Virus record (IMG/VR): IMGVR_UViG_3300042940_001739
DNA length: 64,000 bases
Source of the DNA: a virus
Taxonomy: Duplodnaviria > Heunggongvirae > Uroviricota > Caudoviricetes
Reading direction: 5' to 3' (one strand)
The notes beneath the pieces were generated by a model. That model ran no database searches. It was not told the origin of the DNA and saw only the letters and a program-made list of their open reading frames with translations. Every line of letters begins with the position of its first letter. Positions within the stretch are counted from its first letter, which is position 1. This document shows positions 39,504-49,807 of the stretch, piece by piece. The position numbers and the translations under genes were made by a program.

Positions 39504-40244
39504 ATGAAGATTACATTGATAAGCGATACACATACAAAGCATCGTAATATTGGTACTGCAAAAGATTATCGCAAAAATAATCAGCCGTTGGATTTGCCTG
39601 GTGGCGACATATTGATTCATGCCGGCGACTTTATGAACTCAGGTTATAATCCGATGGAAGCGATGGAGTTCTTTAAGTGGTTTGATGAAATAGACAATTA
39701 TGATACAAAAATATTCATTGCCGGCAATCATGATCGTTGGATGCAAGATGCGTCGGAAGAAGCACGAGGCATCTTAACGGGATATAAGACCATTGAATAT
39801 TTGCAAGATGAAGATCTTGTTTTGTACTTTGATGGACCAAATGGAGATCATCCAGAAGATAATGTTCGCATCTATGGTTCACCTTGGCAACCGGAATTCT
39901 TCAATTGGGCATTTAATTTGCCTCGCAATGGAGAAGAATTGAAAGCACGTTGGGATGAAATTCCAGAACGCACAGACATTTTAGTAACACATGGACCTCC
40001 CTTTGGTTACCAAGATATTCCAGGTGGACAAAGTATACGAGTTGGATGTGAAATGTTGCGTTATCGAATAGATGAAATTAAACCAAAAATCCACGTGTTT
40101 GGACATGTTCATGGTGGTTATGGTCACTATTACAACGGTCATACACATTTCTTCAATGCTTCAGTATTAGACGAAAGATATAGTTATACAAACCTTCCAT
40201 TCACATTCGAATGGAACCAAACAACAAATGAAATAACATGGTAG
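39504..40244 (+). CDS. Calcineurin-like metallophosphoesterase
   Basis: ISDTH, GDFMN and GNHD motifs. Class II motif upstream. Confidence 0.65.
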   Translation: MKITLISDTHTKHRNIGTAKDYRKNNQPLDLPGGDILIHAGDFMNSGYNPMEAMEFFKWFDEIDNYDTKIFIAGNHDRWMQDASEEARGILTGYKTIEYLQDEDLVLYFDGPNGDHPEDNVRIYGSPWQPEFFNWAFNLPRNGEELKARWDEIPERTDILVTHGPPFGYQDIPGGQSIRVGCEMLRYRIDEIKPKIHVFGHVHGGYGHYYNGHTHFFNASVLDERYSYTNLPFTFEWNQTTNEITW

Positions 40245-40588
40245 GCGGAGTAAACCCTAAAATATTAGTAACAATGGATGAAAACGGAAATTTAAAGTTA
40301 GATGAATCAATGGAATCATTATTTAATCCAAAGCCCAAATGGAAACTAGTTCGAGAGCGTGATGGAATAACTAAACAATCAGATTCTATCAAATGGTTAG
40401 AATGGAATGAAGAAGGCCGATTTAAAGCATCTCACGATGAACCTGCAATTGGTTTTTCATTGCTAATGAGTCCATTCAATGATGCGTTTACTTGGCAGAC
40501 AACGGATATAACTGAAATTGTTGAACAGCGTGATGGATACATTAAATTCCATACAAAGAATAGTACATACGAATTATTTAAGCTATGA
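40238..40588 (+). CDS. Hypothetical protein
   Basis: ORF only. Confidence 0.3.
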   Translation: MVGGVNPKILVTMDENGNLKLDESMESLFNPKPKWKLVRERDGITKQSDSIKWLEWNEEGRFKASHDEPAIGFSLLMSPFNDAFTWQTTDITEIVEQRDGYIKFHTKNSTYELFKL

Positions 40589-41154
40589 TAGAGAAAATAA
40601 GACTTTGGTGGAAGTTCGATGGACGATACATGCACAAACAGTTTGCTCGTGGAGTAAAGAACTTATGGAGATGGTTTCCGACTATTTGGAAAGATCGAGA
40701 TTGGGATGGACACTACATCTATGAATTGATCCGTAAGAAGTTAGAATTTCAAGCTGAATTTATTGGCGGTAGAGATATTCATACTGATGCAAAGCGTGAT
40801 GCTGAGAGAATGAGACTTGTAGCTCGACTGATAAAACTACAGCAAGAAGAAACCTACGGAATGGAGTATATGGATTATCATGATCAAGACGTCAATTGGA
40901 TTGATATTGATGATCGCCCAGGATATGTTGAAGCAGTGTTCGATGAAAAGTCAGAAAGGTTTGATGAGTTCTTTGCAAAGTACCCTAGACAGTATAAGCG
41001 AGTAGCTAATGGTGAAATCAATCGATACCGTCGCGAGTTTGCTGATAAAGATAAACAATTGATTGCTATGGAGATTGCTCATGAGAATCAAGCACGTTGT
41101 CAGAAGTTATTGTTCAGCATCATGCATGATCATATTGAAAGATGGTGGGATTAA
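40585..41154 (+). CDS. Hypothetical protein
   Basis: ORF only. ATGA overlap. Confidence 0.3.
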   Translation: MIEKIRLWWKFDGRYMHKQFARGVKNLWRWFPTIWKDRDWDGHYIYELIRKKLEFQAEFIGGRDIHTDAKRDAERMRLVARLIKLQQEETYGMEYMDYHDQDVNWIDIDDRPGYVEAVFDEKSERFDEFFAKYPRQYKRVANGEINRYRREFADKDKQLIAMEIAHENQARCQKLLFSIMHDHIERWWD

Positions 41155-41165
41155 ATAAATAAATT

Positions 41166-41426
41166 ATGATGAATTTTATTAGAAGTACATGGGCTCCGGC
41201 AATTGTTTGTATCGTTGTTGTTATTGCAATATCAATTAGCGTGATTTTTGTAATAGAAAAAGAAGAACATAGTTGCAATCGAGTTGTCTTTCTCGAAGGA
41301 GAATTAAGTAGAGATGTTAATTCGATTGAATACTTAGGTCAAGGCAACGTTGCTAGGATACATTATTGTGATGGCAAAACAGAAGAGATGCCTACATCAC
41401 GCATTGTTAAAGTTATTATAAAATAA
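41166..41426 (+). CDS. Small membrane-anchored protein
   Basis: N-terminal TM APAIVCIVVVIAISISVIFVI. Confidence 0.3.
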   Translation: MMNFIRSTWAPAIVCIVVVIAISISVIFVIEKEEHSCNRVVFLEGELSRDVNSIEYLGQGNVARIHYCDGKTEEMPTSRIVKVIIK

Positions 41427-41428
41427 GT

Positions 41429-41662
41429 ATGAAAGGTATTATTGTTAAAACAAAGGACAAGTGTGTTATTGAATATGAAACAGGCACAGTGCCTTTAAAG
41501 GTATCGCTACCTATTCATCCAGATGACATCAAGCAAGTTGAATCAGGTCAACTAGTAGAATTCATGATAGTTGATGAGTTTACTCATCCGCAACTATTCT
41601 ATAATGTAGGTTGGGGCGATGGAATAACTTGTGGAAAAATAATTAGCCAATTGGTTGGATAA
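41429..41662 (+). CDS. Hypothetical small protein
   Basis: ORF only. Confidence 0.3.
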   Translation: MKGIIVKTKDKCVIEYETGTVPLKVSLPIHPDDIKQVESGQLVEFMIVDEFTHPQLFYNVGWGDGITCGKIISQLVG

Positions 41663-41699
41663 TTCAAATTGTTTTCTTATTATATAGAAAATAAGAGTT

Positions 41700-41882
41700 A
41701 TGGAACAATTAGCAATCATTGCATCATTATGTAGCCTCCCGGCAGTATTATTCATGATGATGGCAAACGTAACCGGGTCTGGCGCTAGCAAGACAATCGG
41801 ATTTATCTTTTTGAAAATACCATCATTTATTACATTGATTGTACTAGTTGTGATGGCATTGAAAGCACTTAAATTAATCTAG
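41700..41882 (+). CDS. Small two-helix membrane protein
   Basis: Hydrophobic throughout. Class II motif upstream. Confidence 0.3.
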   Translation: MEQLAIIASLCSLPAVLFMMMANVTGSGASKTIGFIFLKIPSFITLIVLVVMALKALKLI

Positions 41883-41883
41883 A

Positions 41884-42159
41884 ATGACACATAAAAGAAA
41901 CTTAAGAACAACATTGTTACTCCAACTTCGAAGGATAGGTTGGCTTTGCAAGAAACCAACGGAACCTTCAAAACGTTTGCGTGTAGCACGTACGATTTGG
42001 CCTGAGGATCGTACTTCGTCAATTGAAGCTGAGCGTCATGTTTGGGTTGAAACAAAGAAGTCAGGTAGAAAGAATTGTCAATTCGACAGCAATACAATGT
42101 CTTGCCCATGCGGAGTTAAGTCAGTAGAGCAGTTCATGAATGGATGTGTTAAAAAGTAA
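41884..42159 (+). CDS. Basic hypothetical protein
   Basis: ORF only. Confidence 0.25.
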   Translation: MTHKRNLRTTLLLQLRRIGWLCKKPTEPSKRLRVARTIWPEDRTSSIEAERHVWVETKKSGRKNCQFDSNTMSCPCGVKSVEQFMNGCVKK

Positions 42160-42176
42160 TCCCTTAAAACAAGTAT

Positions 42177-42494
42177 ATGAAGATCACAAAAGAAATGGTA
42201 ATGAAGAATGCTAAGAATGTGTTAACAGTAACAGCATTTGCAGCAGTCGCAACAGCAGCTTTTCAATTAGGAGCTAAGTATCAATCGGGTAAAAAAGAGC
42301 AAGTAGCAGTAGAAAATCCATACGCTCATGCATTCTCTCCAGAGGAAATATCAATTGCAGTTAATGAATCATCCGAATTGATTATGATTGAGCGCAAGAC
42401 AGGAAAGTATATTGTATACTCAGATGCAATTGGTCAAACAATCTTCGGAATGTACGCTAACCGTTTACACCAAGAGGCAAATGGTATTAAATAG
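42177..42494 (+). CDS. Small membrane-anchored hypothetical protein
   Basis: TM VLTVTAFAAVATAAF. Confidence 0.3.
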   Translation: MKITKEMVMKNAKNVLTVTAFAAVATAAFQLGAKYQSGKKEQVAVENPYAHAFSPEEISIAVNESSELIMIERKTGKYIVYSDAIGQTIFGMYANRLHQEANGIK

Positions 42495-43005
42495 TATCAA
42501 AGTAGGCGTTGTGGTAGGTGCATTGGCAGTTACCACATTTGCCGTTACGGATACAACGAGTCCTCCACAACAAGATTCAGTAGTCCGTAATCCGGAAAGA
42601 ATAGATGTTGCAAGTCCACCTTGTTTGCAAATGTATAAATACATCAAAGCCTATGCAGACACATTTGACATTCCATTAAGGTTTGCATTTGGTATTGCTA
42701 GAGTTGAAACAGGATACACAGGACCAATGCAATGGAGATATCAGCCAGCACAAACATCTTGCGCAGGAGCGGTAGGTCCGATGCAGGTTATGGTTGCAAC
42801 AGCAAGGTATATCAATAAAGATGATGTAACCAAAGAAAGGTTAAGAACTGATATCAAATACAATATTAGAACTTCAATGAAGCTATTGCGTAGGTTGTAT
42901 AATTTGCGAGGTGATTGGAAGCTAGTATTTGGAGAGTACAACACCGGTAGGCCATGTGTTAATGGCTATGCACATAAAGTTTATAACCATCAGATAGCAT
43001 GGTAA
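42484..43005 (+). CDS. Lytic transglycosylase, SLT domain, with N-terminal membrane anchor
   Basis: FGIARVETGYTG (catalytic Glu) and GPMQVM motifs. The track ORF 42388 overlaps the upstream gene; ATG 42484 is preferred. Confidence 0.55.
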   Translation, partial: VLNSIKVGVVVGALAVTTFAVTDTTSPPQQDSVVRNPERIDVASPPCLQMYKYIKAYADTFDIPLRFAFGIARVETGYTGPMQWRYQPAQTSCAGAVGPMQVMVATARYINKDDVTKERLRTDIKYNIRTSMKLLRRLYNLRGDWKLVFGEYNTGRPCVNGYAHKVYNHQIAW

Positions 43006-43010
43006 CAGAA

Positions 43011-43033
43011 AGGCTCCTTCGGGAGTCTTTTTT
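43011..43033 (+). terminator. Rho-independent terminator (aggctcc-ttcg-ggagtct + T6)
   Basis: TTCG tetraloop hairpin followed by TTTTTTACTGTTCGGTTGG, the same 3' context as at 899. Confidence 0.6.
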
Positions 43034-43088
43034 ACTGTTCGGTTGGATTGTTAATATATTTTTCTTATTATATAGAAAATAAAAAGCT

Positions 43089-43718
43089 ATGATTAACAAT
43101 ATAAAACAAATAAAACCGTTACTGAACTTTTCGAAGCCAGGCGACTTTTATATGCTTTATGTTTTTAAGCGTAAGAAAGATCAACCCGAAGGCGAGCGAG
43201 ACAATCATCAATCAGTAAGAACTATTAAAACTTATTGTATTGAAAGTATTGACCATCTAGAACGTCGTTATGATGAGGTAATGGAACTATGTGAGATGTT
43301 TAAGGCTCGTGCTTATATCCATGTACAGAAACAAAATCATTTTGATGTTAGTTTGAATATGATGGTTGCACTTGCTCAACGCATTCAAGATGGCAACATG
43401 AAGCAACAAGGTTTATTTGATTCTGTTGTAGGTCAAATTAAGACACAAGAGAAACGTTGGGTAATTGATATTGACAATGTTTCGATAGATGCCTTTGCTC
43501 ACGCTCCATACTATATTCAGATGAGATTATATATTGATGAACTACAAGAGGAAGCTGGCGTAGATCAAACTAAGACATTCATAAAAACTAATTCTGGTTT
43601 TCATATCATTACGCAACCTTTCAATACAAAGAAGTTTGCCGAAAGATATCCAGATGTTGATATACAAAAGAAGAACCCGACACTATTATATTACCCAAAT
43701 AGTTTAACAAACAAATAA
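43089..43718 (+). CDS. Hypothetical protein
   Basis: Class II motif upstream. Confidence 0.3.
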   Translation: MINNIKQIKPLLNFSKPGDFYMLYVFKRKKDQPEGERDNHQSVRTIKTYCIESIDHLERRYDEVMELCEMFKARAYIHVQKQNHFDVSLNMMVALAQRIQDGNMKQQGLFDSVVGQIKTQEKRWVIDIDNVSIDAFAHAPYYIQMRLYIDELQEEAGVDQTKTFIKTNSGFHIITQPFNTKKFAERYPDVDIQKKNPTLLYYPNSLTNK

Positions 43719-43728
43719 AATAAATAAT

Positions 43729-43986
43729 ATGAATCCATTAGACTTAAGTCCGGAACAGCAAGAAGCTTACAATGAGTTTCTAAAAACAATTCAAGATCAA
43801 ATTGATCCGCGTGATTACTTAGCTCCATCAATGCGAGAGATTGCTAAGATGCCATTGGACCAATTGGAAGAAGAAAACAAATTAGTTGAATCAAAACAAT
43901 CAACACGTAGTCGTTCACAACGAGACTTGATTCAAAGTCGTTGGGAGTATGAACAAACAAAAGCAACCGTAGAACAACCAGAATAA
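43729..43986 (+). CDS. Hypothetical small protein
   Basis: ORF only. Confidence 0.3.
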   Translation: MNPLDLSPEQQEAYNEFLKTIQDQIDPRDYLAPSMREIAKMPLDQLEEENKLVESKQSTRSRSQRDLIQSRWEYEQTKATVEQPE

Positions 43987-43987
43987 A

Positions 43988-44509
43988 ATGAGTATAGTAC
44001 GATTCATAGCAGACCTTCACTTGGGTCACAAGTTTATGGCAACACATCGAGGTTTCGCAAGTGTGGAAGAACATGATGAACACATCATCACACAATGGAA
44101 CTCAGTTGTACACAAACGTGATACTACATACATATTAGGAGATGTCACTATGGAAAAGGCTGAACAATATGCATTGTTAGATCGACTCAATGGCGCCAAA
44201 CGAGTAGTGTTAGGCAACCACGACTTACCAAAACATGTTCCTAAACTATTAGAGCACGTTCAATCTGTATCCGGTATGGAGAAGTATAAAGGTATATTCC
44301 TGACACACTGCCCTATCCACACAATGGAATTGGAACACAGAGTAAGTCGCAACATACACGGACACATTCACTCAGCACTTGTTATGTACCCGGTAAGATT
44401 ATTTGGTATTAAACTATTTGATCGAGTAGATCGTCGTTACCATTGTGTTTCTTGTGAGCATGTAGACTTCATTCCAAGAACTTTAAAAGAATTAGGAATT
44501 GAACGGTAA
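43988..44509 (+). CDS. Calcineurin-like metallophosphoesterase (Ser/Thr phosphatase-like)
   Basis: ADLHLGH, GDV and GNHD motifs. Confidence 0.6.
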   Translation: MSIVRFIADLHLGHKFMATHRGFASVEEHDEHIITQWNSVVHKRDTTYILGDVTMEKAEQYALLDRLNGAKRVVLGNHDLPKHVPKLLEHVQSVSGMEKYKGIFLTHCPIHTMELEHRVSRNIHGHIHSALVMYPVRLFGIKLFDRVDRRYHCVSCEHVDFIPRTLKELGIER

Positions 44510-44735
44510 ACACAGAACTCAAAAAGAAATCTGGTCAGGCTATATGAGAACGCTTGGCCAGGTTTTAGCAATCGGACCTATCTTATGGATATGGCGAGTT
44601 GTAACCAAATTGTTTAAACCTAAGGAACCGGTTGTGATTAAGAGGCAAGCTCCGCCGCCGCCTAGGCATTTTGATCAATTCACAGCTAATATGGCAGAAA
44701 TACGTAACATTTTAAACCAAATGCAAAATGAATGA
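44499..44735 (+). CDS. Small membrane protein
   Basis: TM VLAIGPILWIW. Confidence 0.25.
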   Translation: MNGKHRTQKEIWSGYMRTLGQVLAIGPILWIWRVVTKLFKPKEPVVIKRQAPPPPRHFDQFTANMAEIRNILNQMQNE

Positions 44736-45471
44736 TAAATATTTAGAAATGATGCGACAATATATGGGTATGAATAACATGATTACTGATTCAGACTTAA
44801 ATGGTATGGGGCCTATGTTGCGACCTAAAGAGTTTTATCAAAACGAAATTACTAAAACAGCATTTGATTCAGAAACTTTAGCTCGTATGATCGAGCGATC
44901 TATGTGGCCGGTGCACCGGCCGTCGCAATATATTACTGATACTAAAGCACTCGAGCGAGTATTAACAAGCAATCAGTATATTGATTTTAATACTGAGTTG
45001 CGTAACTGCGTGCCTTCTTCTTTCTTTCAACCATATGAAATCGTTACAGGTTCAAAAAGTTTTGAAGTTACTTGGGAACGTTTCCGAGAGTATTGTGAGC
45101 AACATACATTGTTCGCAGTAGCAACAATTGTTGATACTATTAACCCAAATCATCATACTTTCGATATTATATTCATTGAGTCTGGTAAGAATACGAATGC
45201 TATGACTCCGTTTATTTACACTGATTCATTTCGAAGATCTACCATGGGCTTAAATGGGCCTATGCATGATGAGATAGTTCATATATTTAAAAATGAAAAT
45301 ACCGGATGGTCTTTTTGTATTGTTAGAACAGTAACCATTAACGCTGTACAAAGAGTAACTAGTTTGCCGAATCATAGACAGTTCGGTGTCGATCAAAATG
45401 AAATTACTCGTATAATCAAACAGTTTACTGACAATTTAGATGATCTAGATAATCCATATACAATTTATTAA
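44728..45471 (+). CDS. Hypothetical protein
   Basis: ORF only. Contains the 16-bp palindrome GGCCGGTGCACCGGCC. Confidence 0.3.
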   Translation: MNDKYLEMMRQYMGMNNMITDSDLNGMGPMLRPKEFYQNEITKTAFDSETLARMIERSMWPVHRPSQYITDTKALERVLTSNQYIDFNTELRNCVPSSFFQPYEIVTGSKSFEVTWERFREYCEQHTLFAVATIVDTINPNHHTFDIIFIESGKNTNAMTPFIYTDSFRRSTMGLNGPMHDEIVHIFKNENTGWSFCIVRTVTINAVQRVTSLPNHRQFGVDQNEITRIIKQFTDNLDDLDNPYTIY

Positions 45472-45520
45472 AGGTTGGAATTAAATGTATTATTTCTTAT
45501 AATATAGAAAAGAAAGATAT

Positions 45521-46909
45521 ATGACAATCAAACAAATTTTTGACGAAATAGCAGCAGAGCCAGGTACAAACCAAAAGATGGTTATCTTGGGTAAATACCG
45601 AGACAACAAACTCTTAGAACAAGTGTTGTACCTGGCTAATTCGAAGCGTGTCAAATTTTATATCAAGCAACTCCCGGAGTATCTATTTTTTCCTAGTGGT
45701 GAAATGGGATTAGATTCAGCATTAGACGCATTGACTGAATTATCTTCAAGAAAGGTAACGGGTCATTCAGCTATTGGTCATTTGGTTCATATATTATCAT
45801 CATGCACGCCAGATGACTCTTATATCATTGAGCGTATCATTGAGAAAGATTGTCGCTTAGGAATGGGTACAACAAACATCAACAAAATATTTAAGGATCT
45901 TATTGAAGATACTCCTTACATGGGAGCAATTTCATTTGATGAAAAGAAGGCACGTGCAGTGTTTAACAACGACAAACGTGCTTATTCACAGATCAAAATG
46001 GATGGACGTTATTGCAATGCAATTATTCGTAACGGCGAAGTTGAATTAGAATCTCGTCAAGGTGAGCCAACCATAGTAACTGGTGCAACCTTTTTGCAAG
46101 AGTTAGCAGACTTTCCTGATTGTGTATTGAATGGAGAGTTGACTATCGATGGAGTATCTCGCTATGAGTCTAACGGAATCATTGCATCTATCATCAGCAT
46201 CTTAAGTAAAAAGGAATCGCGAGGTCCTGCAGAGACATTGAAACATATTGCTAAGTTCCAACAAAAACATGGAGACTTCTCTGTGGCATTAGAGTCAATA
46301 CGCTTTACGGTTTGGGATACAATCACAGTAGATGAATACTTTGATCAACGTTCGACAACACCTTATTCAGAACGCATTGTTAACTATTCAACGGCACTAT
46401 ATGATTTGAAACCTACAATGATATCTGCAGTTGAAATGCACGATGTAGCAACATATGAAGAAGCAATCCGATACTTCCAAGAAGCATTAGCAGATGGCCA
46501 AGAAGGAACAATACTTAAGGCAATTGATGGCGGATGGAAAGATGGTAAACCAAATTGGCAAATCAAAATGAAACTTGAAATGGATGTGGATCTTCGCATC
46601 ACAGGTTTCAATTATGGTACCGGAAAGAATATCAACGTCATATCTTCGGTTAATGCTGAATCAAGTGATGGTAAGGTTGTTACTCGTCCGACAGGCATTA
46701 ACGAAGCTATGATGCAATACATTACCGACAATCAAGAAACATTGTTAGGTAGCGTTGTGGAATGTAAGTGTTCCGGATTGTCTCAAGACTCTGATGGTAA
46801 CTATTCATTGTTGCATCCAGTATTCAAATCGTTGCGTGATGATAAAGACACTTGTGATGACTTGCAATCAATCATTGCAATTGAAAATATGGTTAAAGGA
46901 TTAGCGTAA
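45521..46909 (+). CDS. ATP-dependent DNA ligase
   Basis: Motif I KMDGRY (KxDG). Motif IV/V region EGTILKAIDGGWKDGKPNWQIKMK. Class II motif upstream. Confidence 0.7.
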   Translation: MTIKQIFDEIAAEPGTNQKMVILGKYRDNKLLEQVLYLANSKRVKFYIKQLPEYLFFPSGEMGLDSALDALTELSSRKVTGHSAIGHLVHILSSCTPDDSYIIERIIEKDCRLGMGTTNINKIFKDLIEDTPYMGAISFDEKKARAVFNNDKRAYSQIKMDGRYCNAIIRNGEVELESRQGEPTIVTGATFLQELADFPDCVLNGELTIDGVSRYESNGIIASIISILSKKESRGPAETLKHIAKFQQKHGDFSVALESIRFTVWDTITVDEYFDQRSTTPYSERIVNYSTALYDLKPTMISAVEMHDVATYEEAIRYFQEALADGQEGTILKAIDGGWKDGKPNWQIKMKLEMDVDLRITGFNYGTGKNINVISSVNAESSDGKVVTRPTGINEAMMQYITDNQETLLGSVVECKCSGLSQDSDGNYSLLHPVFKSLRDDKDTCDDLQSIIAIENMVKGLA

Positions 46910-47094
46910 TGAGTGCAGTGAATCGTCCCAACATGAACTTTGATAACGAACGCAAAGAACATATACCTTACTCAGCTACACAGCAACCTAAGGATATGAA
47001 GGCATTGTATGATAAACTTATGAATTCTCCGGACATTAAGCCTCATACGGTAAGAGATAGACAAGTATATAACAAATGGTTTAAAGCAAAATAA
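46909..47094 (+). CDS. Hypothetical small protein
   Basis: ORF only. Confidence 0.25.
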   Translation: MSAVNRPNMNFDNERKEHIPYSATQQPKDMKALYDKLMNSPDIKPHTVRDRQVYNKWFKAK

Positions 47095-47095
47095 T

Positions 47096-47317
47096 ATGAT
47101 GTTAATAGTAGTAATAGACGCATTGATCTTAGTTGGATTGATATTAGCTCTAAGAGATAACAACAAGCTTGTTAATGAAATGCTAAAGTTCCAGTTAGTA
47201 ACTAGTTCTCATATTGAAGAGCTTTGCAAAGAAGTAGCTGATTTAGTACAACGGGTTGATGAATTAGAAGCACAAGCAAAAAAACAAGGATGGCCTTATG
47301 ATCCTACAAAAAAATAA
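47096..47317 (+). CDS. Small membrane-anchored protein
   Basis: TM MLIVVIDALILVGLILAL. Confidence 0.3.
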   Translation: MMLIVVIDALILVGLILALRDNNKLVNEMLKFQLVTSSHIEELCKEVADLVQRVDELEAQAKKQGWPYDPTKK

Positions 47318-47320
47318 ATT

Positions 47321-47563
47321 ATGAAAAAGTTATTGGTATTAGTTGCAGTAGCAACCATTATGACTTCATGTGGTAAGTCAGATTACAAATACACAATCGT
47401 AGACAGCAACGGCGCCCGTTACGGAGCAGACTTCTACAACGAAACCGGTGAAGGTTGCATCTTATTCAATGATAAGAATTGTGGATGCAGCGACACAGAA
47501 GGACCAGGAACACCAACCAGATTGTGTGGATCATATACAATTGTAGAGAATCAAACAAAATAA
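47321..47563 (+). CDS. Putative lipoprotein
   Basis: Signal peptide plus lipobox-like IMTSCG. Confidence 0.35.
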   Translation: MKKLLVLVAVATIMTSCGKSDYKYTIVDSNGARYGADFYNETGEGCILFNDKNCGCSDTEGPGTPTRLCGSYTIVENQTK

Positions 47564-47564
47564 T

Positions 47565-47762
47565 ATGTTTACAGGATTTTACGATTTTATGGATGAGGCG
47601 TATGCTAACGAACTTAAGGTATCGGTTGAAACGTGGATCACAGTTATTGAAGACCAATGCACAATGGAAGAAGCTAAGTTCATTACGGATGCTATATGGG
47701 ACGAGACTGAAGACATTGAAAAAGCCAAACAATTATTTTACAGCAAACTTAAAGAACAATGA
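47565..47762 (+). CDS. Hypothetical small protein
   Basis: ORF only. Confidence 0.25.
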   Translation: MFTGFYDFMDEAYANELKVSVETWITVIEDQCTMEEAKFITDAIWDETEDIEKAKQLFYSKLKEQ

Positions 47763-48007
47763 CACAACGAGAAATTGATAACGCAGTCTCAATTATTAAT
47801 GAAGCTAACACACAGCTTCGCGTAGCAAAAGATAAACTAGATACGCAAGAATCGATCATCAATGCACAAACTGAGATGATTGAAATACTGAAATCTAATC
47901 TGCAAGCCCGAGACAAACTGATCACAATATTAGAGTCACAGTTACGGATTCAAGATGCAGCATTGGATCGCAATTCAGACAACTCAAAACAATTGCTTAC
48001 AGATTAA
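47759..48007 (+). CDS. Hypothetical coiled-coil protein
   Basis: ORF only. Confidence 0.25.
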   Translation: MTQREIDNAVSIINEANTQLRVAKDKLDTQESIINAQTEMIEILKSNLQARDKLITILESQLRIQDAALDRNSDNSKQLLTD

Positions 48008-48140
48008 ACACAATGAAACGAGTAATGAGTCAAGATGAGATTAAACTTTGGATAGATAGATGGTCAAAATTAAAACCTTCACCTAAAAGAGATATGGTGA
48101 TAAAAATTTGGTCTAATTTAATTACTAAATAACAAACACA

Positions 48141-48335
48141 ATGGAAAAAACAGCAGTAGAATGGTTGATTGAAAATTCTCATATAATTCCTAAAAATGAA
48201 CTAAATAAAAGAGAGTTAATTAAACAAGCCAACGAAATGTTTGAGCAACAGATTGAAGATGCTTGGAAAGATGGTTTTTTTGAGAAAAGCGATTCATCTA
48301 AAATATACTACCATAAAACCTTTAAAATAGAATAA
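48141..48335 (+). CDS. Small paralog family member (MEKTAVEWLIE...)
   Basis: N-terminus and KMFE(Q/K)QI(E/I)DA shared with the next ORF. Confidence 0.3.
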   Translation: MEKTAVEWLIENSHIIPKNELNKRELIKQANEMFEQQIEDAWKDGFFEKSDSSKIYYHKTFKIE

Positions 48336-48584
48336 ATGGAAAAGACAGCAGTAGAATTTTTAGTAGAAACTTTTGTAAGACATTTTGGTACTGGATGGCT
48401 TGCTGATGAAACTATAAAAAAAGAAATCGAGCATGCCAACAAAATGTTTGAGAAACAGATTATTGATGCTTCAAATGAAAGTTACTTAAATAGTGAATTA
48501 ATAAAGAGAAGTGTTAAAAATAAAAATGTATTTTCTGTTGGAGAACAATACTACAACGAAACCTTTAAAAAACAAAAACAATGA
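48336..48584 (+). CDS. Small paralog family member (MEKTAVEFLVE...)
   Basis: Tandem duplicate of 48141..48335. C-terminal YYNETFKKQKQ is repeated again at 48583-48717. Confidence 0.3.
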   Translation: MEKTAVEFLVETFVRHFGTGWLADETIKKEIEHANKMFEKQIIDASNESYLNSELIKRSVKNKNVFSVGEQYYNETFKKQKQ

Positions 48585-48714
48585 AAAAACCAAAACATAT
48601 TAGAACTGAACCTATAAAAAGTTCAATAACGGGAAAACGAATAGGTACAAAATACATTTATGATGAAAAAGAATTAATGCAATATTACAACCCAACCTTT
48701 AAACAACAAAAACA

Positions 48715-49056
48715 ATGAAAAAATTAAAATTATATCTTGGTGCAGTAATTGTGATAGTTATTATGATTATTTTACAACTTAATCATAAAGATACTGAGGC
48801 TGTCGACATTAGTGGTAACTCTCGAGAAGTTTCTCTAGGAGAAGAGTTCACAGGTCGTGTTATAGAGATAATACCAAATTCAAGTCCTAAACAGCAATAC
48901 AGAAACATCCTTATGGAATGTGAAGATGGTACTAAAGTTTATTTTACCGTAACATTATCTGATGCTGATAAATGTAGTGTAGGCAGTGAAATAAAGATAA
49001 AAGTAATATCTGACACTTGGTTCTATAGAAATGATGTTGATGTGGATACTATTTAA
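48715..49056 (+). CDS. Membrane-anchored hypothetical protein
   Basis: TM LYLGAVIVIVIMIIL. Confidence 0.3.
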   Translation: MKKLKLYLGAVIVIVIMIILQLNHKDTEAVDISGNSREVSLGEEFTGRVIEIIPNSSPKQQYRNILMECEDGTKVYFTVTLSDADKCSVGSEIKIKVISDTWFYRNDVDVDTI

Positions 49057-49194
49057 AAACAGAACAATGAAACAAGATAAAACATGGCTATTGCTACCAA
49101 TGTTTGCATATAGCAAATATAGTGATGGAACTCAGGAGATTTCTTTTGGGTGGATAATAAAAACATTTTTTATTAAATTTTAAATCAGAATAAG

Positions 49195-49392
49195 ATGAGC
49201 TATATAAAATGTGTTTCGTGTGGTAAACAAGAATTTAAAGATTATTCAACTCCGAATATTCATTATTCAGCAGAAGAAAATGACACACGTAATTTTAAAT
49301 GTAAGTGGTGTTTAAGTTTTGAATCATTAAAAGTTGGTGAATGGTATCAAACCGCTGATGGAGAATATCACCAAAAACAAGAAGAACAATGA
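49195..49392 (+). CDS. Zn-ribbon small protein
   Basis: CVSCGK...CKWC cysteine pairs. Confidence 0.3.
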   Translation: MSYIKCVSCGKQEFKDYSTPNIHYSAEENDTRNFKCKWCLSFESLKVGEWYQTADGEYHQKQEEQ

Positions 49393-49561
49393 AAGATAAA
49401 AATTCGTTAATACCAAGTGATGCACATTCATTAGAGGTATTTGCTATAAAAGATTGTGATGAATCTCCAACAGGTAAACAAGCATTTATTGGTTTTAAAA
49501 TTAGTAATGGTGATTTTCATTTTATACAAGTTCCATACACAGAACCTAAACAACAAGCCCA

Positions 49562-49795
49562 ATGACACTTAAAGAATACATAGAAGGATTACAATTGTTC
49601 GCTAAGGAGAATCCAGATGCATTAGAGTTACAAGTTATTACCGCCGCAGATGATGAAGGCAATGGATACAAGCAAGTTCATTACAGTCCAACGAAAGGAA
49701 ATTATGATAACGATGATGATAGTTTTATTTCAGACGTCTGCTTTGAAGAATGGGACATGGAAGATGCTGAAGTCAACGCAGTCTGTGTAAATTAA
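49562..49795 (+). CDS. Acidic hypothetical small protein
   Basis: ORF only. Confidence 0.25.
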   Translation: MTLKEYIEGLQLFAKENPDALELQVITAADDEGNGYKQVHYSPTKGNYDNDDDSFISDVCFEEWDMEDAEVNAVCVN

Positions 49796-49807
49796 AATAA
49801 CCTCAAA

